Sequence record: MZ475895.1
Strand: one strand, 5' to 3'
DNA: 64,000 nucleotides
Part shown: in pieces, positions 1-8,456 of the stretch
How the letters are laid out: each line of letters opens with the position of its first letter
How positions within the stretch are numbered: position 1 is the first letter of the stretch
Notes under the pieces: model-generated
What the model was told of the DNA's origin: nothing
The model's database searches: none
What the model saw: only the letters and a program-made list of their open reading frames with translations
Made by a program: the position numbers and the translations under genes

Positions 1-2
1 AT

Positions 3-233
3 GAGGACGAAGACGATAAGCCTAAGAAGAAAAAGAAATCTTCTAAGGACAAGCCGTCCAAGTCGTCTAAAGTGAAGTCCAAAAAGTCTAAGAAGTCAGA
101 TGATGACGACGAAGACGAAGACGACGAAGATGATAAGCCGAAGAAGAAAAAGAAATCCTCTTCGGTGAAGTCGTCGTCTAAGAAAAAGTCTTCGAAGGAC
201 GATGAGCCTAAGAAGAAAAAGAAAAAGAAGTAA
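3..233 (+). CDS. 3' end of a gene truncated by the window edge; low-complexity tail alternating Lys/Ser and Asp/Glu blocks
   Basis: Open frame from base 3 to TAA at 231-233 reads EDEDDKPKKKKKSSKDKPSKSSKVKSKKSKKSDDDDEDEDDEDDKPKKKKK...KKKKKKK*. Confidence 0.8.
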   Translation, partial: EDEDDKPKKKKKSSKDKPSKSSKVKSKKSKKSDDDDEDEDDEDDKPKKKKKSSSVKSSSKKKSSKDDEPKKKKKKK

Positions 234-292
234 AATGAATCGGGGTGGCTAGCGCCGCCCCTTTCTTTTCTCCACTCAGGAATTATCTCTCA

Positions 293-2794
293 ATGGCAAA
301 AGAGAAGAAGGCCAAAGCAAGCAAGAAAGCGAAAGCTGTTGCTTCTGATGACATTGGCGGGACCGTAGTAGAACTGTTTAGTCTGGGTAGCTACATGGAC
401 GACGTCCTCGATGCTATCGAAAAGAAGACGAAAGTTAGTTCCGCTGATGCTGCCCGACATGCTCCTCGTATCTCGACCGGTGTGCTTGCTCTCGACATGT
501 ATCTGGATGGTGGTATCGTGCCTGGTGGCTGGTACACGTTCAGCGGCGGTGAGCAATCATGTAAGTCAACCATGACCATGAGTATCATGGCCTCTCTTAT
601 TCGTCTCAAGTACAGCGGCATTAGCGTTGTGTTTGACTACGAAGGTTCCACCGATGCTGACTACGTTGCTGGTCAGCTCAAAACGTTCGGCGTTAAAGTC
701 GATCCGAAAACTATCTTCGGTGTGCGTGATGAAGAAGGCGGCTGGATTATCAAGCCTACCATTCGCTACTACGCGCCTGACAACGGTGAGCGCTTCTTCG
801 ATTATATGTCGATGCTGCGTCGTCGTCTGCCTGACAAGATCGTTGAGAAAGACGGTTCAGCTTACTACCTCTTCGAGAACACCAAAGAGAACTCGAAGAA
901 GCTGGCAGGCAAGTACGATAAGAAGTGGTTCAGTCGTAACAACCAGTTCAAAGTTCCTGCGCCGGATGGCCACATGCAGGCTGCTGTTATCGTTGACTCA
1001 TATCCGGCAATGCTGCCTGATCAGGTCGATGATGACGACGGTTCAAAAGCAATGGCTCTGCAAGCGCGTATGTTCTCCGATGGCATCAAACGTTTCCGTG
1101 GCGGTATGCGCCGTAAGATGATGACTATCGTGGGCGTTAACCAGTTGCGCCAGAAGCCTGCTGTAATGTTCGGTAGCCCTGAATATGAGCCAGGCGGTGA
1201 TGCGCTCAAGTTCTATTGCTTCGCTGATGACACGCGCATTCGTACCGACCACGGTGTGTTGACTGCACCTCAGATTAAAGCGCTGCTGGACGAAGGCAAA
1301 GAAGTTTGCGTTGAATCGTTCGAAGGCTTCCAGAAGATTAACGGTGCGTGGAAAGTTGAAGACGCTCCTTATCCGATTGAAGTCAATGCTGGTGGCCATG
1401 TGTATATTGGCAGTGCTGAGCATCGCCAGTTCACCTTCATGCATGACACAACCGCAGAAGGTATGCGTGTACTTCGTCCTGAGTGGAACACGCTTAGCCA
1501 ACTGGCTCAGTACCCTTCTGCGGAAGGTCAGTACGCTGCGATTCGTCTTGCGTCCGTCGAAGAACTCAAGCAGAACACGCCTGATCAATTCGATGCCTCC
1601 AGCAAGAACATCGAGCTGGTGCTTTCTAACTGCGGTCCTGAGAAGCGTGATATTAATATCCTCTCTCATGACGGCACAACGTACACAATGCCTGCTGTGC
1701 TGATCGACGCCGTTGGTCCTTACGATCACGTTGAAGACTTCGCGCATTACATTCAGGACTTCCTGAACATCGGTATCTATGCGTATGCAGACAACTCCGG
1801 TATCTGGATTCCTGGTCTGGTTGAAGCTGACCTGCACAACGCTGTTGCACGCGATGCAGACTCTGGTTATCAGGGCGTTGACTTCTACGCTACCTCGCGT
1901 CAGATCAGCTATCAGATGATGGCAGTTATCTCTGACGTGTTCCCAGAGCTGACCCGCTTCGTTCTGGACTTCAATGCCAAGTACGCCGCAGAACAGGAAG
2001 ACGTAGTTTATCTGGCGCCTGGCTTTGACATTGCCGAAGCTATGGACGGCATTCTGCACAAAGAGATCAGCGGCTACGACGACCAATACGATCTGCTGAT
2101 GCAGCAACTGGCATACGTTGAAGACTGGTTCAGTGTTGATGACCGTCTGCTGCCTGTACCGTTTACGCTGCGTGCGCTTGACAAGCAAGTTGAGTTCTGG
2201 GATGTTAACGTCGATGAAACTTCCGTCGTTATCACCAACAACTTCGTTAGTCATAACAGTGACGTCCGCGTTCGTCTGGCCTCTCGCGCTGTGCCTGAAG
2301 GCTGGCCGAAACTCAAAGACGCGCCTGGCGTTGTCGGTGAGAAGTCTGTTTCTGTTGAAGGTGGTACTGACCGCTATCGCTTCATTGCAGCCAAGACCAT
2401 CAAGAACAAGATGGGCGGTATCCCTAACCAGTTGACGTGGTTACGCCTGTGGGAAGCTGACGGTAACGGTGAAGCGCGTGGCTTTGACCCCGTGTTCGAT
2501 ACATGGCACTACGTCAAAACTCTCGGCCTCGTCAACGGTACGCGCAAGTCATTCAAACTGAAAGCACCGTGCCCTGTAGCATCCGAAGTTAAGATGGATT
2601 GGGATGACTTCCGTACGCTGATCAACGGTAACAAAGAACAGATTGTTAGCGTGTGCAAAAAGCTGAAAGTCAAACCTGTATCTCTGCGTCTGTGGGCGTT
2701 CAAGTTCGTGCAGTCCCAGAAAGGCAAAGATATGTTGAAAGCGTCGATCAGTAAGTCCGTTAAGAACGTTAACGACGACGAAGACGACGATTAA
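293..2794 (+). CDS. recA: RecA/UvsX-family recombinase containing an intein
   Basis: Motifs RISTGVLALDMYLDGGIVPG, Walker A-like GGEQSCKST, Walker B IVDS, ALQARMFS, NQLRQK, MFGSPEYEPGGDALKFY. ATG 293 with AGGA upstream is preferred over GTG 245. Confidence 0.95.
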   Translation: MAKEKKAKASKKAKAVASDDIGGTVVELFSLGSYMDDVLDAIEKKTKVSSADAARHAPRISTGVLALDMYLDGGIVPGGWYTFSGGEQSCKSTMTMSIMASLIRLKYSGISVVFDYEGSTDADYVAGQLKTFGVKVDPKTIFGVRDEEGGWIIKPTIRYYAPDNGERFFDYMSMLRRRLPDKIVEKDGSAYYLFENTKENSKKLAGKYDKKWFSRNNQFKVPAPDGHMQAAVIVDSYPAMLPDQVDDDDGSKAMALQARMFSDGIKRFRGGMRRKMMTIVGVNQLRQKPAVMFGSPEYEPGGDALKFYCFADDTRIRTDHGVLTAPQIKALLDEGKEVCVESFEGFQKINGAWKVEDAPYPIEVNAGGHVYIGSAEHRQFTFMHDTTAEGMRVLRPEWNTLSQLAQYPSAEGQYAAIRLASVEELKQNTPDQFDASSKNIELVLSNCGPEKRDINILSHDGTTYTMPAVLIDAVGPYDHVEDFAHYIQDFLNIGIYAYADNSGIWIPGLVEADLHNAVARDADSGYQGVDFYATSRQISYQMMAVISDVFPELTRFVLDFNAKYAAEQEDVVYLAPGFDIAEAMDGILHKEISGYDDQYDLLMQQLAYVEDWFSVDDRLLPVPFTLRALDKQVEFWDVNVDETSVVITNNFVSHNSDVRVRLASRAVPEGWPKLKDAPGVVGEKSVSVEGGTDRYRFIAAKTIKNKMGGIPNQLTWLRLWEADGNGEARGFDPVFDTWHYVKTLGLVNGTRKSFKLKAPCPVASEVKMDWDDFRTLINGNKEQIVSVCKKLKVKPVSLRLWAFKFVQSQKGKDMLKASISKSVKNVNDDEDDD
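1217..2257 (+). mobile_element. Intein (347 aa) in RecA with a degenerate LAGLIDADG-like central domain
   Basis: Begins with Cys (CFADDTRIRT) right after ALKFY and ends ...NNFVSHN followed by Ser+1; removal restores ALKFY-SDVRVRL, matching RecA ALKFYASVRL. The middle has IPGLVEADL and VDFYATSRQISYQM, resembling intein endonuclease blocks. Confidence 0.92.
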
Positions 2795-2801
2795 TTAACT
2801 C

Positions 2802-2819
2802 GCGGTCCTTCGGGGCCGC
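2802..2819 (+). terminator. UUCG-tetraloop hairpin after recA, no U-tract
   Basis: GCGGTCC-TTCG-GGGCCGC; identical copy at 50334-50351. Confidence 0.55.
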
Positions 2820-2838
2820 CCTCTACCCGGAGAAAGAG

Positions 2839-3222
2839 ATGCGTACTCTGATTCATACCGCAGACGTAACCAATCTGTCTGTGCTGGAACTGGAAGAAGG
2901 CTCTGTAGCAAAGCCTGTTACTCCAAATCTGATTTCTGATCTCAAAGAGCTGCTGTCACGCGAAAACCTGAGCCAGAACATTCGCCACGTTGTGTTCATC
3001 TCTGCTGATCAGGTCGGCGTATTCACCGAAGCTGAGATGATCAACTACTTCGACCCAATCGAGCAGGTGTCTGAAATCAACGCAGGCAATATCGGTACTG
3101 TGCTGGCTATGCAGGTTATTCGTGTCGATGACAAGACTAATCTGATCGCAGTGGCTGGTGTCACTGATGTGGAAGAAGGCGTTACTATCAACGAGTTCAA
3201 CGCATCGCCTGTAAATCTGTAA
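2839..3222 (+). CDS. hypothetical protein (127 aa)
   Basis: ORF with GGAG/AGAG upstream; no recognised motif. Confidence 0.8.
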   Translation: MRTLIHTADVTNLSVLELEEGSVAKPVTPNLISDLKELLSRENLSQNIRHVVFISADQVGVFTEAEMINYFDPIEQVSEINAGNIGTVLAMQVIRVDDKTNLIAVAGVTDVEEGVTINEFNASPVNL

Positions 3223-3292
3223 ATAAAACAAGTGAGGGCAATCGTGTCCTCACTTAACTCACTCTGATAGGGCATTGACCCAGGAGATAAAC

Positions 3293-4015
3293 ATGACAAT
3301 CAAATTTGTCGAAGTACCGAACATTAGTATGTTCGAGGGTCTGGTGCATGGCGCCAACCGACACGCACAAAACGCCAACATCGGCGGCAAGGCTCGTTAC
3401 GCATTCTACGTGGATGTGACAGAAGCTGCGGCAGAAGCTGCACTGTATTCAATGTTGCGCAAGAAGGCACACGCAGATGTTAGAGCTGTGGGCTACTCTG
3501 TTTCTCATACTGTTCGCGGTATGACTCAACCTAAAGAGATTCCTGTTTTCTTGTCGGACAATTTGTCTCACATATCATTGGATTCTTTGAAACAAAATTT
3601 ATGTGAGTTGCTTCGTGCGCTGTGTCGTTCAGCCGCCAGCTCGGATAGCAATATCATTCTGTATTACCAAAAGGACATGGCTTTCATCAAAAGCAAAATG
3701 TTCGATTGGGTTCTTGAAAGCAAGTTAAGCAGACCTTCAAAAGTAGACTGCGAACTGTATGTTCGTTCCTCAAACATTGATCTTAACGTCCTTCTTAATA
3801 TCGTTAGAGATCACGATTATATCGGACACTTTGCATCTAGCATACCACAAGAGATTACAATAGGCTCTGATGCGAGTGCCATAGATGCCGTCAAGTTATG
3901 TGACACAGCCGACGTACTGGCTGCTCAAGGCCGCAAAGTGCATCTGTGCAATGACATTTACCGCAAAGCGGTGTCTATCTCCTTTGCCGACGGTATTCCG
4001 CGTAATCAACTGTAA
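3293..4015 (+). CDS. hypothetical protein (240 aa)
   Basis: AGGAG ribosome-binding site before ATG 3293; visibly AT-richer codon use than neighbours. Confidence 0.8.
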   Translation: MTIKFVEVPNISMFEGLVHGANRHAQNANIGGKARYAFYVDVTEAAAEAALYSMLRKKAHADVRAVGYSVSHTVRGMTQPKEIPVFLSDNLSHISLDSLKQNLCELLRALCRSAASSDSNIILYYQKDMAFIKSKMFDWVLESKLSRPSKVDCELYVRSSNIDLNVLLNIVRDHDYIGHFASSIPQEITIGSDASAIDAVKLCDTADVLAAQGRKVHLCNDIYRKAVSISFADGIPRNQL

Positions 4016-4059
4016 ACCAAACACATTGCTGTGTGTAGTCTTTGGCCAAACTTAGGCTC

Positions 4060-4090
4060 GGGAGTCCAGGACGGGCTCCCATTTTTATTT
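4060..4090 (+). terminator. Rho-independent terminator
   Basis: GGGAGTCC-aggac-GGGCTCCC followed by ATTTTTATTT. Confidence 0.75.
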
Positions 4091-4103
4091 CGGAGACAGA
4101 ACA

Positions 4104-5168
4104 GTGACTGACATTAGAAGCAAAACAGCCTACGAATATCTGCACGACACCTATCTTGAAAACAATTTCTTTGTTGGCGTTCCTCGATCTAAACTCACAG
4201 CAAAGTTTCAAGAGTACCTGAAGACAACTAACGGTAGGCTGCATCGTCACGGTCTTCCTCTCGCTGACTTTATGACGTGGGCCAACATGCGCCCTGAGAT
4301 TAAAAAGGGCGAACAGCAATTTGATGCCGTCATGAGACTGCACAAACTTTCTTTTGATGCGGCCGCTGTGTACACACAATTCGTATGGTCGTTTACCAAA
4401 GGTGTGTTCAAGATCGATCAAGAGATATGGAAACATCTTGCAGAGGGTGAGCCACCCAAGATACTTCCCTCAGATACGCTCAAGCGTTTGCCTAACTGGT
4501 CACAGTGGTTAGATACGTCATTGAGAATGGTCCGTCACGATAGCGCCAGTGACACGCTGTTTGCTTTGACCACTGAAGGCTTCTGGTCAACGTATTTGTG
4601 CTATGATCATCAAAACAGAACGCACATGTTCCTCGTAGCGCCTACCGTTATGCAGATAGGCAAAGATAGTTTCATCGCAACCACTCTGGTTATGTTTGAC
4701 ATAACAAAAGACCATGAGATGGAAGACAACATGGATTGGCAAATCACCGCCACATCAACTGACGGTCAAACTTCCGTACGCTTTACGAAAGAGCATGAAA
4801 CGTACGGCAAGATACTTGACGGTTTGGTTAGTGCTTGGATTGATTCTGCTGTCAATGCGTTGTTGTTCGTCGCTTCATCCGTTGATAACGTTTATAAAGG
4901 AGGTGTAAAGGGAATCGTCCCACGCAAACAAGGTAAGACGTTCAAAGTTCTACCAATACGTGACGTGCGTGTATGGCATGTAGGTTCAGAGTTGCTTAAC
5001 GAGATACGCCAGTATGAATCTGATGTAGCCTCAGAGAGTTCTCAGAATCGCCGTGCTCACATTCGTCGTGGTCATTATCATAACTACTGGTATGGCCCGC
5101 GTGATGGTGAACGTGTTCTAAAAGCCAAATGGCTTCCACCGTGTGTCGTTCGAGGCACCGCAGAGTAA
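4104..5168 (+). CDS. AcrVA2/FinQ-family protein
   Basis: Collinear motifs matching AcrVA2 as I recall it: WSFTKGVFKIDQEI, LKRLPNWSQWLD, EGFWSTY, WHVGSELLNEIRQYES, RAHIRRGHYHNYWYG, KWLPPCVV. Confidence 0.75.
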   Translation: MTDIRSKTAYEYLHDTYLENNFFVGVPRSKLTAKFQEYLKTTNGRLHRHGLPLADFMTWANMRPEIKKGEQQFDAVMRLHKLSFDAAAVYTQFVWSFTKGVFKIDQEIWKHLAEGEPPKILPSDTLKRLPNWSQWLDTSLRMVRHDSASDTLFALTTEGFWSTYLCYDHQNRTHMFLVAPTVMQIGKDSFIATTLVMFDITKDHEMEDNMDWQITATSTDGQTSVRFTKEHETYGKILDGLVSAWIDSAVNALLFVASSVDNVYKGGVKGIVPRKQGKTFKVLPIRDVRVWHVGSELLNEIRQYESDVASESSQNRRAHIRRGHYHNYWYGPRDGERVLKAKWLPPCVVRGTAE

Positions 5169-5217
5169 TCACAATCAACCTTATCTTCCACAAAGGCGTT
5201 TAGCCTAGGAGAATCTT

Positions 5218-5976
5218 ATGTCCCGTGTACAAACGTTGTTCATCCCTGAAGTTGAACGTTTTGAAGCGTATGTTAAGTCGTTGCTGCACATGGCACGCAC
5301 GCTAGATAACAGCGGTCGTCAATACAACCGCACGAAACATGTCGTCGTCGTTGGCTCAACAACTCGCATAGTCGAAGCCTACGTCAAAACAACAATCGGC
5401 TCTAACACAGTTCCAGATGGCGTTTTCTGCCTCGGACTGAACCAAGCGCCTGACCTCTATAAGAAGTATGACTTCGGCTCTGCTCATGTTGTACTGATGT
5501 TCGATCTGATGTATACGTCGGAGAGCGCAATCAACTCACTCGCCCACAGACTGTTTGATATTATCCTGACGCTCAAGCAGCGACCAGAAGATAAAGAACT
5601 GAAAAACCTTCCGATACATATCGTCGGTCAGAACTGGAAGGTGTGGGATGCTATGATGGAGTCGGGTGCAGGCAATGCAGCAAACTACGAATGCTATTCT
5701 AAGGGATTGCAGTTTGCACCCAATCAAACTTTCGAAACAGCCTCATGCATCACGTTTGATCAGCTACTCACGCAGGACCCGAACACTTACGCCAAGCACG
5801 ACATTTCGATTGGCCGAGAGTTCACCGTGATTGATCATGCTACGCTGATTCAAAAACTCCATAACATCAAATGGGTGTTGCAGTCAGGCCAGACACAACA
5901 CAAACTCATCCTCGACCACGCGTTTCAGCGCATTTTGTTCGAGCAATATCTCTGCTATGAGTTTCAGGGTCTTTAA
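5218..5976 (+). CDS. hypothetical protein (252 aa)
   Basis: AGGAG upstream; long ORF. Confidence 0.85.
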   Translation: MSRVQTLFIPEVERFEAYVKSLLHMARTLDNSGRQYNRTKHVVVVGSTTRIVEAYVKTTIGSNTVPDGVFCLGLNQAPDLYKKYDFGSAHVVLMFDLMYTSESAINSLAHRLFDIILTLKQRPEDKELKNLPIHIVGQNWKVWDAMMESGAGNAANYECYSKGLQFAPNQTFETASCITFDQLLTQDPNTYAKHDISIGREFTVIDHATLIQKLHNIKWVLQSGQTQHKLILDHAFQRILFEQYLCYEFQGL

Positions 5977-6050
5977 GAATAATCTTAGTCCGCTAACTAA
6001 TTTAAAAACGTTGGCAAGTAGTGCTGACGTCTAGTTATCGGAGACATAAC

Positions 6051-6314
6051 GTGTACGAACGTAGCCTCGTGCGATTGAAGTACCACGCCAGAGCAAACCT
6101 CTGGTATAATAATACAGAACACGCTTGCAGTGAGCGGAAGGCTACTAATGTGCAATGTGAACAATTCTTGGAAGCAACCAAGAACTGTCGCTCTGTGCAG
6201 GAGTCGCCTAGTGTTGTTTCTTTCTACTCAGGAGCCGAGCTTGTTGGTCAAGCAATATGGCAGCATGATGCAGACAGTGACAGCACACTTCAATTCCGGC
6301 TTCTACTTGCGTAA
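6051..6314 (+). CDS. hypothetical protein (87 aa)
   Basis: GGAG followed by GTG at 6051, in frame with track ORF 6021..6314. Confidence 0.5.
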   Translation: MYERSLVRLKYHARANLWYNNTEHACSERKATNVQCEQFLEATKNCRSVQESPSVVSFYSGAELVGQAIWQHDADSDSTLQFRLLLA

Positions 6315-6378
6315 CATCCTAAAGGGCTTTCAGATACCTCTGGCGGCCCTTTATCATTTCAATACACGGAGAAAGCCA

Positions 6379-6645
6379 ATGTCTGTTCAGATTCAACTGT
6401 CCGAGAAAAACCTCGACGATATTATGCAGCACTCCACCAGCCGCATCAGCCTGTCTGAGTTGAATGCGCGTCTGGCGCAAGATGAAATCATCATGCAGAA
6501 CGTGCTGGTGGAACGCCCTGTAGGCGCCGGTGTGCCTATCACTGTCGTGCGTGATATTGTTGATCGCTATCTGGAGCTGATTCGCAATCCAGGTCCGATT
6601 GACGGTCAATGGCAGCCGCAAGAATACGCTATCGTGCAATACTGA
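6379..6645 (+). CDS. hypothetical protein (88 aa)
   Basis: GGAG upstream of ATG 6379 (MSVQIQLSEK...), C-terminal part of track ORF 6130..6645. Confidence 0.75.
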   Translation: MSVQIQLSEKNLDDIMQHSTSRISLSELNARLAQDEIIMQNVLVERPVGAGVPITVVRDIVDRYLELIRNPGPIDGQWQPQEYAIVQY

Positions 6646-6649
6646 TCTC

Positions 6650-6671
6650 ATGGGTGCCTTAGGGCGCCCAT
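6650..6671 (+). terminator. intergenic hairpin, probable terminator
   Basis: ATGGGTGCC-TTAG-GGCGCCCAT then ATTCGTTT. Confidence 0.6.
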
Positions 6672-6719
6672 ATTCGTTTATATGCTAATTTCTACCTACA
6701 TTCAACTAGGAGAGACAGC

Positions 6720-7379
6720 ATGAAAATATTCGTTTCGCTGTCGGCCCCACAAAAACAAAAAGAACCGCCGATTGTAACTGAATCTGATCAAAAGAATCCT
6801 CGCGTAAACGATAACAGCAAACTCGGTCAAGTGTTTGATGTGTTCGTGCTCCAGCAAATGTCCTATCTCGATATGAAAGAGATTCGTGGCTCTGCTGGTC
6901 CAAAATACGCGCAGGTTATTGCCGACTGGCTTAACAGCCAACGCAGTATCGACAATAAGTTCCGTGTGTCTAAGCGCAGTAAGATCTCTATTGCTGTCAA
7001 GAACACTCAACAGCTTGCCGCTCGCTATACGGACATTTACCTGTTGAGTCCTGAGAGCAATAAAGAGCGTTCGTGGTTGCTTAAAGGCGAAGGCCCACAA
7101 GGCAACAACAAGACGATTGAGATTGGTCGTAATCTCTTATTAGACGTCCTATATGCTTCTGCTCTGACGTTGCTTGGTGCACACCTCGTAACAGAAGAAT
7201 GGCCAGGCAACAGCACGTATGATCAAGTGTTGTTTGAAATGGACAAGCGAAGCAAACGTGGTAAAAGGATTGGTAAGCGCTACCCACGCATTGCCAAAGA
7301 AAATGAAAACACACTAATCACGATGATGCAGGACGGGTTGTCTATTGCAGAAATCACCGATTGGGTTCTGAAACAGTAA
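6720..7379 (+). CDS. hypothetical protein (219 aa)
   Basis: AGGAG upstream; long ORF. Confidence 0.85.
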   Translation: MKIFVSLSAPQKQKEPPIVTESDQKNPRVNDNSKLGQVFDVFVLQQMSYLDMKEIRGSAGPKYAQVIADWLNSQRSIDNKFRVSKRSKISIAVKNTQQLAARYTDIYLLSPESNKERSWLLKGEGPQGNNKTIEIGRNLLLDVLYASALTLLGAHLVTEEWPGNSTYDQVLFEMDKRSKRGKRIGKRYPRIAKENENTLITMMQDGLSIAEITDWVLKQ

Positions 7380-7388
7380 GAGGAATCT

Positions 7389-8201
7389 ATGTCACTCGTA
7401 AAACTTCAAGGCGTCCCGTCCTTGTCCGCGCCTACCAAGGCCCAGAAAGATGCAGCTATCTATATGTTTGGCTCTAAAGGCCATTCTATCGTTGCTGTGT
7501 TGGATAAATTCAGTCGTGCCAAAGAAGTGCGTGCACCGCATCTCGATGGCCTGTTGAAGCTGATGAAGGAAGGCGAAGATGATGAGATCATCAAATTCGT
7601 TTCATCTGCTGCTGGTAAGAAAGCTCTGGCTAACGCGAAAGCATTCGCCGTTGCAAAGACACTGACCGCAAGCATCAAAGCGCTTAAACTGATTCGCGTT
7701 CCGATGAAGTGGATCGACGGTCACTCGGATGTTGCTGCTGCACGCAACGAAGAAACCAAAGAGATTCGCGCACGCAAGACTGCTGGCAATCGTCCTGAAA
7801 AGCCTATCAAGCTCGATAACCCGCAAGCGCCTGCGCCTGTTACTCCTAAGGCCAAGCCTGTTCACATCCCGTCTGGCAAGTCTGCTGATACGCTGGTGGA
7901 TGAGATGGGCGATATTCCTGCGCGTAAGATCTCAGGCAAGAGTATGCAACAGCGTGAGGAATATTTGAATGCTCTGGGCTTCGTTATCCAGCGCAATATT
8001 CCGCGTGCAAAAGTCAACGTCTCTGCTGACAGCGTTATGGTAACTAAAGGCTCCAAGATTTATACCATTGCACTGACGCCACAAGCGTGGACGCTGCAAG
8101 AAGGTGTGACTAAGAAGCCTAAGCGCATCGGCACAACGTTCGACGTTGTTTCCATACTGTCTGCGATTGATTCTTCCTTCGCGCCTGTACTGATGAAGTA
8201 A
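7389..8201 (+). CDS. hypothetical Lys/Ala-rich protein (270 aa)
   Basis: GAGG upstream; basic composition with a Pro/Lys linker. Confidence 0.85.
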   Translation: MSLVKLQGVPSLSAPTKAQKDAAIYMFGSKGHSIVAVLDKFSRAKEVRAPHLDGLLKLMKEGEDDEIIKFVSSAAGKKALANAKAFAVAKTLTASIKALKLIRVPMKWIDGHSDVAAARNEETKEIRARKTAGNRPEKPIKLDNPQAPAPVTPKAKPVHIPSGKSADTLVDEMGDIPARKISGKSMQQREEYLNALGFVIQRNIPRAKVNVSADSVMVTKGSKIYTIALTPQAWTLQEGVTKKPKRIGTTFDVVSILSAIDSSFAPVLMK

Positions 8202-8205
8202 CAAC

Positions 8206-8235
8206 AAAAGGGTGGCCTAAGGGTCGCCCTTTTTC
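8206..8235 (+). terminator. Rho-independent terminator (bidirectional geometry)
   Basis: AAAAGGGTGGCC-TAAG-GGTCGCCCTTTTT. Confidence 0.85.
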
Positions 8236-8456
8236 GATCTATTTGCGTGCCAATCGTAAATAACCTTTCCTCTGCGTTGCCTCTCCTACTCCTGCCTCGA
8301 CGCCCACACGCTGCATACTCATTCCATTTGTCTCTACTAACTCTGGCTCTAACTCAAAACCTGCCTCAGTTTCCTGCTAACCTGATCGCTAATTCCTATC
8401 TGCAAGCCAAGTTCTTGCATACGCAAATTTGCTATTAGGTTAAGAGGAATATTCCC

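Noticed and set aside
245-292. GTG 245 as recA start, and other upstream near-cognate starts in the ORF track (e.g. 18596, 24114, 33601, 52898, 54945)
   Set aside because: Downstream ATGs have clear Shine-Dalgarno motifs and avoid long overlaps with upstream genes, terminators or promoters.
1043-2254. 403-aa minus-strand ORF overlapping the intein, considered as a hidden homing endonuclease
   Set aside because: It is exactly antisense to the recA/intein frame, has no nuclease motif, and long antisense ORFs are expected from this codon bias.
8247-8438. 63-aa + strand ORF in the C-rich tract
   Set aside because: GTG start without RBS directly after a strong terminator; composition reflects nucleotide skew.
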